DNA from: Bdellovibrionota bacterium
Lineage (GTDB): Bacteria; Bdellovibrionota; UBA1018; UBA923
NCBI GenBank assembly: GCA_040754655.1
Contig: JBFMCE010000029.1
Span: 1 to 39,817, forward strand
Length of the DNA stretch: 39,817 nucleotides
Direction: 5' to 3'
The notes under the pieces were generated by a model, which was not told the origin of the DNA, searched no databases, and saw only the letters and a list, made by a program, of their open reading frames with translations. Positions 16,498 to 26,102 of this stretch are shown in pieces; position 1 is the stretch's first letter; every line of letters starts with the position of its first letter. The position numbers and the translations under genes are program-made.

Positions 16498-17834
16498 AGC
16501 GCCCTCTGCAGATCCTAAAAGAGTCTGCAGTTTGGGTTTTATTTTTCTTTGCTGTCTCGCCTGCGCTGGCTGAACCGAAACCTTGGATCGGAAAGTTCAC
16601 CGCGGATCGGATCGTTGTCGCTTCAAGCCCAGAGAACACTTTTCAGATCTTGAAACGCGTTATCTCGCAAGCTCAAGATACCATTTATATCTCGGTTTAT
16701 ATCTTGGACAATGTTTACATCGCTGACGAACTTGAAAGGGCAATCAGCGAGAGAAAGGTGAAGGTCCACCTCTTGCTCGAGGGTTCTCCGGTGCCAAAGG
16801 TTCCGGAGGTCGAATTGTATATCGCAAAAAGGCTTACCGAACTTGGCGCAAAGGCCTATTTTTATGATTTAGGAGAAGGTCGGGCGCATCGCCGGTTCAA
16901 ATACTTGCATAATAAGTATGCTGTGATCGACAAGCGTTGGGTTGTGGTGGGGTCAGCCAATTATGGATCAAGAGGCCACCCTCTTGATCCAAGTTATGGG
17001 AACCGTGAGTGGGAAGTAGTCATTGAAGACCCAGCGGCGGTGAAATTGTATCTCAACGCCTTTGCCCACGATGCGCGCAAACGCAGCGAGTGGGTCGCCT
17101 ACGGAAAGTCCGAGCGTTATCGCCTCAAAGATCCTTCATTTGAACCTGAGCGCAAGGTTAGGAAGGGAAGCTATCCTTTGAGGCTGAAGCCAATAGAGGT
17201 TCATGATGTTCCTGCTTTGACGCTCTTTTCTCCGGACAATAGCCTAGATGAAAAAAAAGGCATGCTCGCTTATCTCAAAAAAGCGAAGCGCTCGGTGTGG
17301 ATTGAGCAGTTGACCCTTGAGCGGTATTGGGGCCTTAAAACCTACAATCCAGAGCCGGAACCCAGCAAGCTCATCCAGATCTTGTATGAGCTTGCTGAAA
17401 AAGGGGTGGGCATTCGCGTGCTCCTTAATGACGATAATATTTTCAGAGAGAAAGAAGCGCCTATGCTCTTTGAGTTCGAAGATACGGATTCAACGGGTTT
17501 TAGTTGGATAAAAAAAGATTCGGCTCAGAAATCGAAGAAACCGCCCCGGGACAACAGGTCGACGATACAGGAGTTGATGGCCGAAGCCAAAAAGCATGCT
17601 TGGGATCTCAAAGCGCATCTTTTTGATCACAAGAATTGCGACCTTCGCGTTTTGCATAACAAAGGAATGATCGTCGATGGTGAGCTCACCATGATCGGTT
17701 CATTGAATTGGGGCGAGAGTGCTTTGAAGTTCAACCGAGAAGCGGGAATCTTGCTTAAAAGCGGGAAGGTCGCGGGCTACTATCAAAAGACATTTGAATA
17801 CGACTGGAAATGCTCGGCGCGAAACACACACTAG
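16494..17834 (+). CDS. Exported phospholipase D superfamily protein (two HKD motifs)
   Basis: Signal peptide ending ALA, HNKYAVID...GSAN..NRE and HNKGMIVD...GSLN..NRE. ATGA overlap with exbD. Confidence 0.88.
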   Translation: MKRPLQILKESAVWVLFFFAVSPALAEPKPWIGKFTADRIVVASSPENTFQILKRVISQAQDTIYISVYILDNVYIADELERAISERKVKVHLLLEGSPVPKVPEVELYIAKRLTELGAKAYFYDLGEGRAHRRFKYLHNKYAVIDKRWVVVGSANYGSRGHPLDPSYGNREWEVVIEDPAAVKLYLNAFAHDARKRSEWVAYGKSERYRLKDPSFEPERKVRKGSYPLRLKPIEVHDVPALTLFSPDNSLDEKKGMLAYLKKAKRSVWIEQLTLERYWGLKTYNPEPEPSKLIQILYELAEKGVGIRVLLNDDNIFREKEAPMLFEFEDTDSTGFSWIKKDSAQKSKKPPRDNRSTIQELMAEAKKHAWDLKAHLFDHKNCDLRVLHNKGMIVDGELTMIGSLNWGESALKFNREAGILLKSGKVAGYYQKTFEYDWKCSARNTH

Positions 17835-18754
17835 TTTTTGCCTTTTTGAAGCGAGAAACTGACCCAATTGTTGTTTGAGAGTTTCTTTTTCACCTTGAAG
17901 CCAAGTTCGAGATAACGGTCTAAGATGATTTGCTCTTGCTCAGCAAGTAATCCCGAGAGAATCAAAAAACCCCCAGGCCTGAGCCATGTTTGAAAAGAGG
18001 GCGCGAAATCGAGCAGGGTGTTTTTCAGAATGTTCGCCACAATGCCATCAAGCGCGTTTAATTTAGGCGCTTCTAAGCTGGTTTTAAGCTCGAAATGGTT
18101 CAAAGCAGCGTTTCGTTGCGATGCCTCAATGGCCAAAGGATCGATATCGATGGAATACACAGTGCCTATGCCTAGCTTTTTCAGACCAATGGAAAGAATT
18201 CCCGACCCGCACCCGAAATCAAGAACCTGATGTTTTGCGCCAAGCTTGCCCGAGGACACGGCTTCTGCGATCAGTTCAAGACACGCCCTGGTTGTCTCAT
18301 GAGAGCCAGTGCCAAAGGCCATCCCCGGCTCAATGATCAGCTCATTCACGCCCTTGGGCGCAGGCTCGTGCCAGGAAGCTCGCACATGCCAGTTTGGTGC
18401 GATTGCGAGGGGTTGAAAATTGTCTTTCCAAAGCTCGGCGTAATTTTTTTCCTCGACTTCGCGTATGACGAATCGAGGAACGAAGCTTACCAGCACGGGC
18501 TCAATAGCGCGCTGAGCGTGCTCGGCGTCTCTCAGGTTGTCGAAGTAAGCGGAGAAACGTTCGGGTGGCGCAAGAATCCCTGGTTCCAAAGCCAATTCAA
18601 ATTCATTGGCCGTATGCAAAGCGGCTTCTCCCTCGGGAGCGGGCTCTTCACCTTCCTCAATGCCCTGCGAATGGAATTGATAGAGCAAGCCCGAAACCAG
18701 ATCCCAAACAGCTGCCGTAGGCCGTGTTTTAAGAACGCAGTCGAGCGCGTACAT
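17831..18754 (-). CDS. prmA: Ribosomal protein L11 methyltransferase
   Basis: IEPGMAFGTGSHETTR, VLDFGCGSGILSI, DIDPLA, VANIL and LILSGLL. Confidence 0.93.
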   Translation of the reverse strand: MYALDCVLKTRPTAAVWDLVSGLLYQFHSQGIEEGEEPAPEGEAALHTANEFELALEPGILAPPERFSAYFDNLRDAEHAQRAIEPVLVSFVPRFVIREVEEKNYAELWKDNFQPLAIAPNWHVRASWHEPAPKGVNELIIEPGMAFGTGSHETTRACLELIAEAVSSGKLGAKHQVLDFGCGSGILSIGLKKLGIGTVYSIDIDPLAIEASQRNAALNHFELKTSLEAPKLNALDGIVANILKNTLLDFAPSFQTWLRPGGFLILSGLLAEQEQIILDRYLELGFKVKKKLSNNNWVSFSLQKGKN

Positions 18755-18757
18755 GAA

Positions 18758-19378
18758 CTATTCAGTTTCTTTCTTGATCGCGACGAGCTTGAAGATTTTG
18801 TATTCCGCGGCTCCTGCCGTGTACATCACCTTGCGAAGAAGTTCATATCGCACAGCTTTGTCGGCTTGGATGATCAAGACCCCCTGAAACTTTGGAGCGG
18901 TGGTGTTTCCTTGTTGGTCTTTCCATACCGCCTTGTTCATCAGCAGCTCAGTGTTCTCGCGTGCTTTTACCAAGGCGTCATAAAGAGGAACGATGCGTCT
19001 TCCTGAGTCGGCAAGCGCTCTAGGCTCGAGTTCGTAGGTGGCGTTCTCGGGGGTAAGCGCATTGGGGGGAGGGCTTGCCACCGGCGTTTGCATCACGACA
19101 AGCCCCGGGGGGAGCTTGAAATCAATGACGCGTTCATTGTCGAGGCTGATTCCGCTAGGTTCTACAACGAGGCTGATCGCGTCCGAGGGGTTTTCTTCAG
19201 CCGTCGAGATCGGCAACTTGATGCTGTTTGAGGTGACGAACACCGAGTTTGAGGCGTAGCTTTTCAGCAGGAACACCACCAGAATGATGAGCATGTCCAT
19301 CATCGAGGTGAGTTGCAGATCAAACTCTTTATTGATTTTCCGACGAGCTCTGCGGTTTCGGATGGATCTTCTTGTCAT
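18758..19378 (-). CDS. ExbD/TolR family protein, AglS-like gliding motor subunit
   Basis: LQLTSMMDMLIILVVFLLKSY TM with Asp, and IIQADKAVRYELLRKVMYTAG. Third gene of an ExbB-ExbD-ExbD triad. Confidence 0.8.
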   Translation of the reverse strand: MTRRSIRNRRARRKINKEFDLQLTSMMDMLIILVVFLLKSYASNSVFVTSNSIKLPISTAEENPSDAISLVVEPSGISLDNERVIDFKLPPGLVVMQTPVASPPPNALTPENATYELEPRALADSGRRIVPLYDALVKARENTELLMNKAVWKDQQGNTTAPKFQGVLIIQADKAVRYELLRKVMYTAGAAEYKIFKLVAIKKETE

Positions 19379-19932
19379 GACATTATGTTCCCAAAGATGA
19401 CTTCTGAAAATAGGTTCTTCTCGGGCATATCAACGCCTTGCTCATTCTTTTTATAAGGAACAGGGTCAGACTTCGGATCATAGAAGCGAGCAGCGTCCAT
19501 GATCCCAATGATCGCTTCATACGCAACGCCGCCTTCAGGTTTGATAATAAGCTGCTTCTCGGTCGGATGGCGTTGTTTGATTTCGACCAAAACCCGGTGC
19601 AAGCGCTCAAGATCGTACCTGGATTCTGGTTTGTTTGGATCAGCGACGCTTGGGATGACGTGTTTTTCTCGGCTTCCGCTCCAGTCTGAAAGAATGATCT
19701 GATTGGGTTGGATGTACGCCGTAAGTTGCAGCGGTTTCTCTTTGAGTTTTTCAATTTGCTGCTCAGGCGGCGCCAGAAGGGGGGCTGGCGTGTCTAATAC
19801 GACGATAGCCATGAAAGCAGTTGAAAAGAGGAGAAATGCCACAAGCGTTACCAGGGCGTCGAGCATTGGAACAAGATTGATGTTCACGCCCTCTTGCGAC
19901 GATTTTCGTCTAGAGCTCGGCCTTGAAAACAT
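19375..19932 (-). CDS. ExbD/TolR family protein, AglQ-like gliding motor subunit
   Basis: INLVPMLDALVTLVAFLL, and IIKPEGGVAYEAIIGIMDAAR. Confidence 0.8.
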   Translation of the reverse strand: MFSRPSSRRKSSQEGVNINLVPMLDALVTLVAFLLFSTAFMAIVVLDTPAPLLAPPEQQIEKLKEKPLQLTAYIQPNQIILSDWSGSREKHVIPSVADPNKPESRYDLERLHRVLVEIKQRHPTEKQLIIKPEGGVAYEAIIGIMDAARFYDPKSDPVPYKKNEQGVDMPEKNLFSEVIFGNIMS

Positions 19933-19934
19933 GA

Positions 19935-20603
19935 TTAGAGAGCCTTTTCAGAGCTGTGTTTGTACTTGCGCGCGGAAAGCAGATCGAGAAGCTTTACACC
20001 GAATTCATCGATGTCTTCGATGATCTTCGTGGCCCTCGCAGTCAGTACGCTGTGCATGACCATCGTTGAGATCGCGACGATCAAACCAAACGCTGTGCAG
20101 TTCATGGCTTCCGAGATGCCCGCTGACAAGATGGCTTGACGTTGAGAAGGATCAGCGACTGCGATCGCAGAGAAACTGTGAATCAGGCCCACGATCGTTC
20201 CGAGCAATCCAAGCAAGGTCGCGATGTTTGCGATGAGCGCAAGGTAGTTCATTCTCTTTTCAAGCTTCGGAACCACTTCGAGGCTTGCTGCATCGATTGC
20301 GTTTTGAATCTGGGTGTCATCGCGGCTAGCGCGCTGGAGGCCAGCTTTGATCACTTTTGGCAGAGCGGCCTGGCCGGCTCCGTTGCACAGACGAATCGCG
20401 CCATCAAGATCGTTTGCGAGGATGTACTTTTGGACTTCAAACATGAATGATGCGCCGTCGACATAGTAAGTCGAATACAGCCGCAAAACGCGCTCGACGA
20501 TAAACGCCAGAGCGAATCCAAACGCCAATGCAATGAAGTGCATGAACGTGCCGCCCTTTTGGTAATTGGCGATCAGTAGTGTGAGGACATTTGACTCTTC
20601 CAT
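19935..20603 (-). CDS. MotA/TolQ/ExbB family protein, AglR-like
   Basis: YLALIANIATLLGLLGTIVGLI and ILSAGISEAMNCTAFGL, which recall myxobacterial AglR (from memory). Followed by two ExbD paralogues. Confidence 0.85.
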   Translation of the reverse strand: MEESNVLTLLIANYQKGGTFMHFIALAFGFALAFIVERVLRLYSTYYVDGASFMFEVQKYILANDLDGAIRLCNGAGQAALPKVIKAGLQRASRDDTQIQNAIDAASLEVVPKLEKRMNYLALIANIATLLGLLGTIVGLIHSFSAIAVADPSQRQAILSAGISEAMNCTAFGLIVAISTMVMHSVLTARATKIIEDIDEFGVKLLDLLSARKYKHSSEKAL

Positions 20604-20674
20604 GGTCTCCCCTTTGTGTGTTGCAAGCTTTCAAGTCTTGAGGCCCTGAAGCTCGAAAATAAAACCTTTTTATA

Positions 20675-20712
20675 AGGTTAGCACGCGGCACAAACGGGTC
20701 AAGTATTGACCC
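20675..20712 (-). promoter_or_regulatory. Sigma70-like promoter of the AglRQS-like/prmA operon, with an overlapping palindrome
   Basis: Minus strand TTGACC-N16-TAACCT with an extended TG. The -35 hexamer is one arm of GGGTCAA-GTA-TTGACCC (20696-20712). Confidence 0.5.
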
Positions 20713-20802
20713 TTGCCGGCTACTAAAGGGATTGAGAAGTCGATAACGCAGGGCATCTAAAGAGGTCTTGCACCCCTTGGTTTTCAGAGTAGAACATTCA
20801 AG

Positions 20803-22737
20803 GTGGGAGCTTATCTAAGAGGGCTTATTTTTGCTGCGGTGCTTGCGCTCGGTGGGAACTTCGCTGCGCGTGCTGCGGAAGACCGTATTCTTTGGGAGGT
20901 GGAGATCGAAGGGAATTCGGTGCTCGACGACGACGAGATCAAAGACGCCATTGTTTCAAAAGAGTCCTCCCATTTTCCCATTTTGGGGCGCCATCGCGAG
21001 TATAACGCCATTGCTGCTCAACTTGACCAGCAACGCATCGAGCATCTCTACCGACGCAAAGGTTACTACCGCGTCAAGGTAGCTCAACCTAGATTTAATC
21101 TTCAGTGCAAGAAGCCAGATCGCGTTTGCCTCGTCTTTTCAATCACCGAGGGTGAACCCACGCGAGTCTCGTCGGTAAAAATCGTTTTTATTGATAGCGC
21201 GCCTCCTTACGATCCTTCGAGTTTGCTCCCCGTATTCGGTCTGGCGCCAGGAGAAGTGTTTGATCACGACCGTTATCTTTCGGGTAAAGAAGGCCTGCTC
21301 GAGTATTTTAAGTCAGAAGCCTATCCGCTTGCCAAAGTCGACGGACAGGCGGTCTATGACGGGGAAAAGAACGAGGTCTCCGTTCGATTGCAGGTCGATG
21401 CCGGGGTTCGTTCAAGGCTTTCCGAGATCTTTGTCGAGGGGCTCGATCAAATCCTCTTGCACGATGTGCGCCCACGGATTCCGCTCAGGAGTGGAGAGTG
21501 GTACAATCCGAGCGACATCGAAGAGGCGAAGTCTTTGCTCGCGGATCTCGACATTTTTAGCGCGATTGACGTTGATATAGACCCAGCCGTCGGCAGAGAG
21601 GGTTATGTCAACGTGATTTTCAGAGTGCGAGAGAAGCCTTTGCGCACGTTGCAGTTCGGCACAGGTGTGCGCATCGAGAACTCGCGCCAAGAAGCAAGGC
21701 TAGCGGGAGAGTGGTCTCATCGCAACTTCTATCAGAGACTGCGCAGGTTCAGCGTGCGAGTGGATCCTCGTTATGCTGTTTTGCCCTCGGTCTTCAATCC
21801 TCAGGAAAGCGGCCCCTTGGGGACGTTTGAAGTGTTGCTGAGACAGCCCGCCTTCTTGAATCCAAGGCAAGATTTGCGCACTTCAGTGAGTTTCGATTCT
21901 GATCTTGAGCAAGGCTTCCGGTGGTATGGACCCAAATTCGCCGCCAACATCGACCGAAGAGTGACGCAAAAACTGTCATTGGGCGTGGGCTACAGTTTTC
22001 AATACCTCACTTTTTATGACGTCGACATCGCGTTCAATCCGGAATCGCGCCTTGTGCCGCCAGAGCTTTTGTTTCAAGAGAATTACCGACTGGGGTTAGT
22101 GCATCAAAGGCTCACCTACGACAGGCGTGACAATGGATTTGAGCCCAATCGAGGTTACTACGCTCAGCTTGAGGTGAGTGAATCTCTACCGGCGTTTGGT
22201 TCGGCGTTTAAGCACGTGCGCTATCGCCCGGAGCTTCGCGGTTACTCGCCCGTAAGCCGGCGCGCGACCGCCGCAGGCAAGGTAACCTTTGGGCATCTTC
22301 TCTCGTTGAGACCGCAAGCATCTGCGATCACCGAGCGTTTTTATGGCGGAGGCGCGAACAGCCACCGAGGTTTCACTTACCATCGGCTCTCTCCGCAAGT
22401 GCTCACCCGAGATGGTAGGAGCGTGCCGGTCGGGGGTGATTTTAGTTTTCTCGTCTCGCTCGAGCAGCGTTTTGACTTGTTCGAGCTTGCGGGGAGTTGG
22501 CTCATCGGGGCTTTTTTCTTGGATGCGGGCGACGTAGTCGAGGCCCCTCGCAATTTTGATTTTCGTTACTTGCATTATGCCGCGGGAACAGGCCTTAGGT
22601 ACGATTCCCCAGTCGGGATTTTGAGGGCGGACGTGGGGATTCGCTTGAATCGACTCGAACCTACCACGGCTGGACGGGTGAACCCTGATCCTGGTCAGAG
22701 GTTTGCATTTCATCTAAGCCTTGGAGAAGCTTTTTGA
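20803..22737 (+). CDS. tamA: Omp85-family translocation and assembly module protein TamA
   Basis: Signal peptide, about three POTRA domains, ERFYGGGANSHRGF loop motif, GTGLRYDSPVGILRADVG and C-terminal HLSLGEAF. Coupled to tamB. Confidence 0.88.
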   Translation: MGAYLRGLIFAAVLALGGNFAARAAEDRILWEVEIEGNSVLDDDEIKDAIVSKESSHFPILGRHREYNAIAAQLDQQRIEHLYRRKGYYRVKVAQPRFNLQCKKPDRVCLVFSITEGEPTRVSSVKIVFIDSAPPYDPSSLLPVFGLAPGEVFDHDRYLSGKEGLLEYFKSEAYPLAKVDGQAVYDGEKNEVSVRLQVDAGVRSRLSEIFVEGLDQILLHDVRPRIPLRSGEWYNPSDIEEAKSLLADLDIFSAIDVDIDPAVGREGYVNVIFRVREKPLRTLQFGTGVRIENSRQEARLAGEWSHRNFYQRLRRFSVRVDPRYAVLPSVFNPQESGPLGTFEVLLRQPAFLNPRQDLRTSVSFDSDLEQGFRWYGPKFAANIDRRVTQKLSLGVGYSFQYLTFYDVDIAFNPESRLVPPELLFQENYRLGLVHQRLTYDRRDNGFEPNRGYYAQLEVSESLPAFGSAFKHVRYRPELRGYSPVSRRATAAGKVTFGHLLSLRPQASAITERFYGGGANSHRGFTYHRLSPQVLTRDGRSVPVGGDFSFLVSLEQRFDLFELAGSWLIGAFFLDAGDVVEAPRNFDFRYLHYAAGTGLRYDSPVGILRADVGIRLNRLEPTTAGRVNPDPGQRFAFHLSLGEAF

Positions 22738-25700
22738 TGGCAAGAATCGCAAAACAGGTTTTACGAATTGTGATGGTCTTCATTGCTGCAGGGATCATGC
22801 TGCTCATCGTAGTGGTGGGAGGTTTGCAAACCAAACCGGGCAAGCAGCTTCTGGCGGATTTTCTTGAAAATTTGGCGAACCAACAAATCAACGGCTTGCT
22901 TGAAATTGGGGGAATTCGCGGAAATTTCTTGAATCACCTCACACTAAGCAAGATTGAGTTGCGTGACAGCCAAGGCAAGCGTGTTTTGTCGATTGAAAAT
23001 CTGCTGAGTGAGCATCAGATTGAAAGCCTGGTTCCATTTCGTTTTAAAGTGAAAGAGTTTCGGGTTGAACAGCCAAGGTTTTTCGTCAGCCTTGATCGCA
23101 AGGGCAACTTGAATTTGAAAAAAATATTAAAAGAGAAGAAGACTTCTGAAGCGAAGTCCCAAGAAACTTCTTCTCAAGAGTATCTGCCAACTTTCTTAGC
23201 GGTCGATTGGATCAATTTAGTTGAGGCAAAGATCCTGCCAGAAAAAAAAGACCCAAGGCTGCCGGTGATAAACGATCTCAGTTTTCGACTCAACTTTCCC
23301 AGGCAGTCGTGGAGCTACCCGCAAGGAACGCTGAGTCTGCGAGGTGATTATCAATCAAAGCCCCTCTTTCTTGTAATCAATGTAGGGAATGAAAAAAAAG
23401 AAGATGCTCTTGCCCTCTCGGCGGCGGCAAAGCCTGGTATGCCGGTAGATCAGACCCTAGAGTCGGTCTTTCAACGCGTGGGCGCAAAGCTCTCTCATGG
23501 AAGGTCTCACTTCGGATTTGATGCGGTCGTGCAGAACACTCAAGACACGTGGCCTATCCCTCGGACTGTTTGGCTGGAGGATTTTTCAGCGATAGCGCGA
23601 TGCGAACTCTTTCGGTTGAGAAAAAGAGCCATGCTTGTTTTTCACGACAAGGAGTTCTTGCCACGGGGAGAGTTTTCATTGCAGGGCTGTGCGGGAACTC
23701 TAGAGTTTGCCCACGAGAGAGAAACACTTGAACTTGTATTCTCAAGACTTTCTGTGGACGAGATTTTGACGGCCCTCTCAAATCAGAAAACAGCCACCAA
23801 AGTCGGAGCATTCTCAGGAAAGCTCGAGATGGGGCTGCAAAAACAAAGGGCGAATCTTGATCTTGAGTGGCTGAGCTCGGTCTTGCCTGAGATGAAAACG
23901 CATCTTAAGGCTTCTGTGGAGGGCTCAAGGCTCAATGCGAAATTCGATGTGCAAGCTCATTCAGAGCGTGTCGAAGGACATCTAGAGGCCCGCAGGATTT
24001 TCAAGCCAGGAAGCTGGAGCATCGACTTAGAAAAGACCGAAACCAAGTTACAAGTTGCTTCAGAGGGCTTTAAACTCAGCAATCTCTCAAAACTTGGCTT
24101 CACAGATTTCAGACTGATGGGCGAGGTCAAGGCAATGCTCACCGCAGAAGGGTCTTTGCGCAAGACAAAGATCGAGCTTCAAGCTTCTGGTAAGAACGTT
24201 GCGTTTCTTTCTCAGAGTGATGCCCAAGACCTGAAGGAAAATGCGCAAATCCACTTTAAAACAAAAGTCGTTTATGATTCCAAAAGCCTCGGTTTTAACT
24301 TGCAAGTCCAACCCACCCAACTTTTGTCAGTAGGCAGTGTGCTTGAATTCGATGGCGGTGCTTCGTTAGATCAGGCGCTCTTGATGAGACGAGGTTTCGC
24401 GGCGATTGAACGCACGCCCTTTTGGTGGACGCTCTTTGCCGAAAGGTTTGAGTTGACGCGCATGCCGATTTTCAGGCGAGATGCCATGAATGCCGAGAAT
24501 CGTGTGTTCGTAGATCTAAAAGGATATGGCCGAGGCACCCTGGCAAAACCACATGGAGATCTCTACGCCAGTATTCTCACTCCGCAAGGCGAACTGATGG
24601 GCGCGAATTTGAAGTTTGCTGAGAGGTGGATTGACATGCACCTCAAATCGAGATCGGGTCAGATCGATCCCTTGTTTGCCCTTCTCGGAGTAGAACTGCG
24701 CACTCAGGGCGGAAGTCTCGACGCTGATTTTCATGCCAAGGGAAAACCAGGTCGGATGGACTTTTCTGGAGAAGTCGCTGTGGCGGCTCAAAGTTTGCGT
24801 ATTCCGGTTGTTTCGACGACTTACGAAGATTTTCAGCTAAAACTTAAAGGCAACGATATGCGTGTTGATCTTGAGAAACTTCAACTCAAATCTGAAGGCC
24901 TATTTACGGCGAATGGAAAACTTATCTTTGGAAAGCATTACAGCCCTGAACGCGTTGAAATTATAGCGCGAATGCAAGACTTTAACTTGCTCGCTAATGA
25001 GAACTTAAGTCTAAAGACGTCAGGTGCGCTCTATGCGAGTGCGAATCCACGAGATGCTTCGTTTAATGGTAGTTTTGAAGTTGAACGCGGCGTGGTCGAA
25101 GTGCCCGATCGCGGCTCAAATGAATCGATCGAACCTTTGAACAAACTAGAAGACGTGGTCTATACCAATGAACCGCAAGAAGAGAAAAGACAAGACGGGT
25201 TTTTCGATAAGATCCACGGCTCAATCGACGTGAAGGTGCCGGGTCAAGTTTGGGTGAGAAGCTCTGAGTTCAACGTCGAGTTTGGAGGAGACCTTCGCCT
25301 AGGACTTGACGATGAGTCTGAGTTCTTCTTACAAGGCAGGGCTCAATCCCTCAGAGGCTACGCTGAGTTTTTCGGGCGAAGGTTTGAAGTGCGAAAAGCG
25401 ATGGCAGAGTTCCTGGGCGATCCGGCCAACCCTCGCATCGATGCACAGGCCCTTTATGCAGCGACTCCTCGCGATGTGATCGTTGAACTCAGTGGCCCCT
25501 TGCAAACGTTGAAGCCCCAGTTTTACAGTGATCCTCCGGGCTATAGCGAAGAACAAAGTTTGGGCGTGCTTCTCACTGGAAGCGCAGACTACCAGACTCA
25601 AGCTACAGAAAATCCAGGTGTGGGGGGCATCGCAACAGGCTATTTGTTAGGGCAACTGAAGGGGCGTTTTGGCCGCGAGTTGCCCTTTGATTTGCTCAAA

Positions 25701-25949
25701 GCCGACTTGAACGCCACGCCGGAAGACACTGGCGTGGCTGGAACGCAAAGGCGGGCCGAGGTCGAGGTGGGGAAATACGTCTCAGACCGGGTTTTCTTGA
25801 AGCTGCGCAGGGTTTTTGGGACCGATCAAGACGAGCCGATAAATGAATTTAGTTTAGATTACCGCTTGAGCAGGCGCTGGTCGCTTGAGACTACGCAGAG
25901 CGACCAGGGCGTGAGCGAGTTTGAACTGTTGTGGACTTTGAATTATTAG
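22737..25949 (+). CDS. tamB: Translocation and assembly module protein TamB (AsmA-like / DUF490)
   Basis: N-terminal TM, long beta-rich body and DUF490-like C-terminus (NPRIDAQA, EVGKYVSDRVFL, LDYRLSRRWSLE). TGATG overlap with tamA. Confidence 0.88.
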   Translation: MARIAKQVLRIVMVFIAAGIMLLIVVVGGLQTKPGKQLLADFLENLANQQINGLLEIGGIRGNFLNHLTLSKIELRDSQGKRVLSIENLLSEHQIESLVPFRFKVKEFRVEQPRFFVSLDRKGNLNLKKILKEKKTSEAKSQETSSQEYLPTFLAVDWINLVEAKILPEKKDPRLPVINDLSFRLNFPRQSWSYPQGTLSLRGDYQSKPLFLVINVGNEKKEDALALSAAAKPGMPVDQTLESVFQRVGAKLSHGRSHFGFDAVVQNTQDTWPIPRTVWLEDFSAIARCELFRLRKRAMLVFHDKEFLPRGEFSLQGCAGTLEFAHERETLELVFSRLSVDEILTALSNQKTATKVGAFSGKLEMGLQKQRANLDLEWLSSVLPEMKTHLKASVEGSRLNAKFDVQAHSERVEGHLEARRIFKPGSWSIDLEKTETKLQVASEGFKLSNLSKLGFTDFRLMGEVKAMLTAEGSLRKTKIELQASGKNVAFLSQSDAQDLKENAQIHFKTKVVYDSKSLGFNLQVQPTQLLSVGSVLEFDGGASLDQALLMRRGFAAIERTPFWWTLFAERFELTRMPIFRRDAMNAENRVFVDLKGYGRGTLAKPHGDLYASILTPQGELMGANLKFAERWIDMHLKSRSGQIDPLFALLGVELRTQGGSLDADFHAKGKPGRMDFSGEVAVAAQSLRIPVVSTTYEDFQLKLKGNDMRVDLEKLQLKSEGLFTANGKLIFGKHYSPERVEIIARMQDFNLLANENLSLKTSGALYASANPRDASFNGSFEVERGVVEVPDRGSNESIEPLNKLEDVVYTNEPQEEKRQDGFFDKIHGSIDVKVPGQVWVRSSEFNVEFGGDLRLGLDDESEFFLQGRAQSLRGYAEFFGRRFEVRKAMAEFLGDPANPRIDAQALYAATPRDVIVELSGPLQTLKPQFYSDPPGYSEEQSLGVLLTGSADYQTQATENPGVGGIATGYLLGQLKGRFGRELPFDLLKADLNATPEDTGVAGTQRRAEVEVGKYVSDRVFLKLRRVFGTDQDEPINEFSLDYRLSRRWSLETTQSDQGVSEFELLWTLNY

Positions 25950-26102
25950 GCGGCGCTCATTGGAGGTCACGGGTCATGCTCGATAGTGACCCTTTTATAT
26001 CGAGATCATGCGGGCTTTCGCATTAGTAAGCGAAGTCGGCACAGCTTTCCTAGCAACTGTTTCTACTAGAATCCCAGGGTAGGATCGCCTAACCTGACAG
26101 AA

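Noticed and set aside
18230..19006. 258-aa plus-strand ORF
   Set aside because: Antisense shadow of prmA and the AglS-like gene, with no recognisable motifs.
20724..20746. TAAAG...GTCGATAA as a FliA promoter for tamA
   Set aside because: The spacer is about 4-5 nt too short.
25947..26004. Stop-codon read-through of tamB stimulated by the downstream pseudoknot
   Set aside because: The spacer (15-21 nt) is longer than in known read-through signals, and TamB already ends in a typical aromatic terminal strand.
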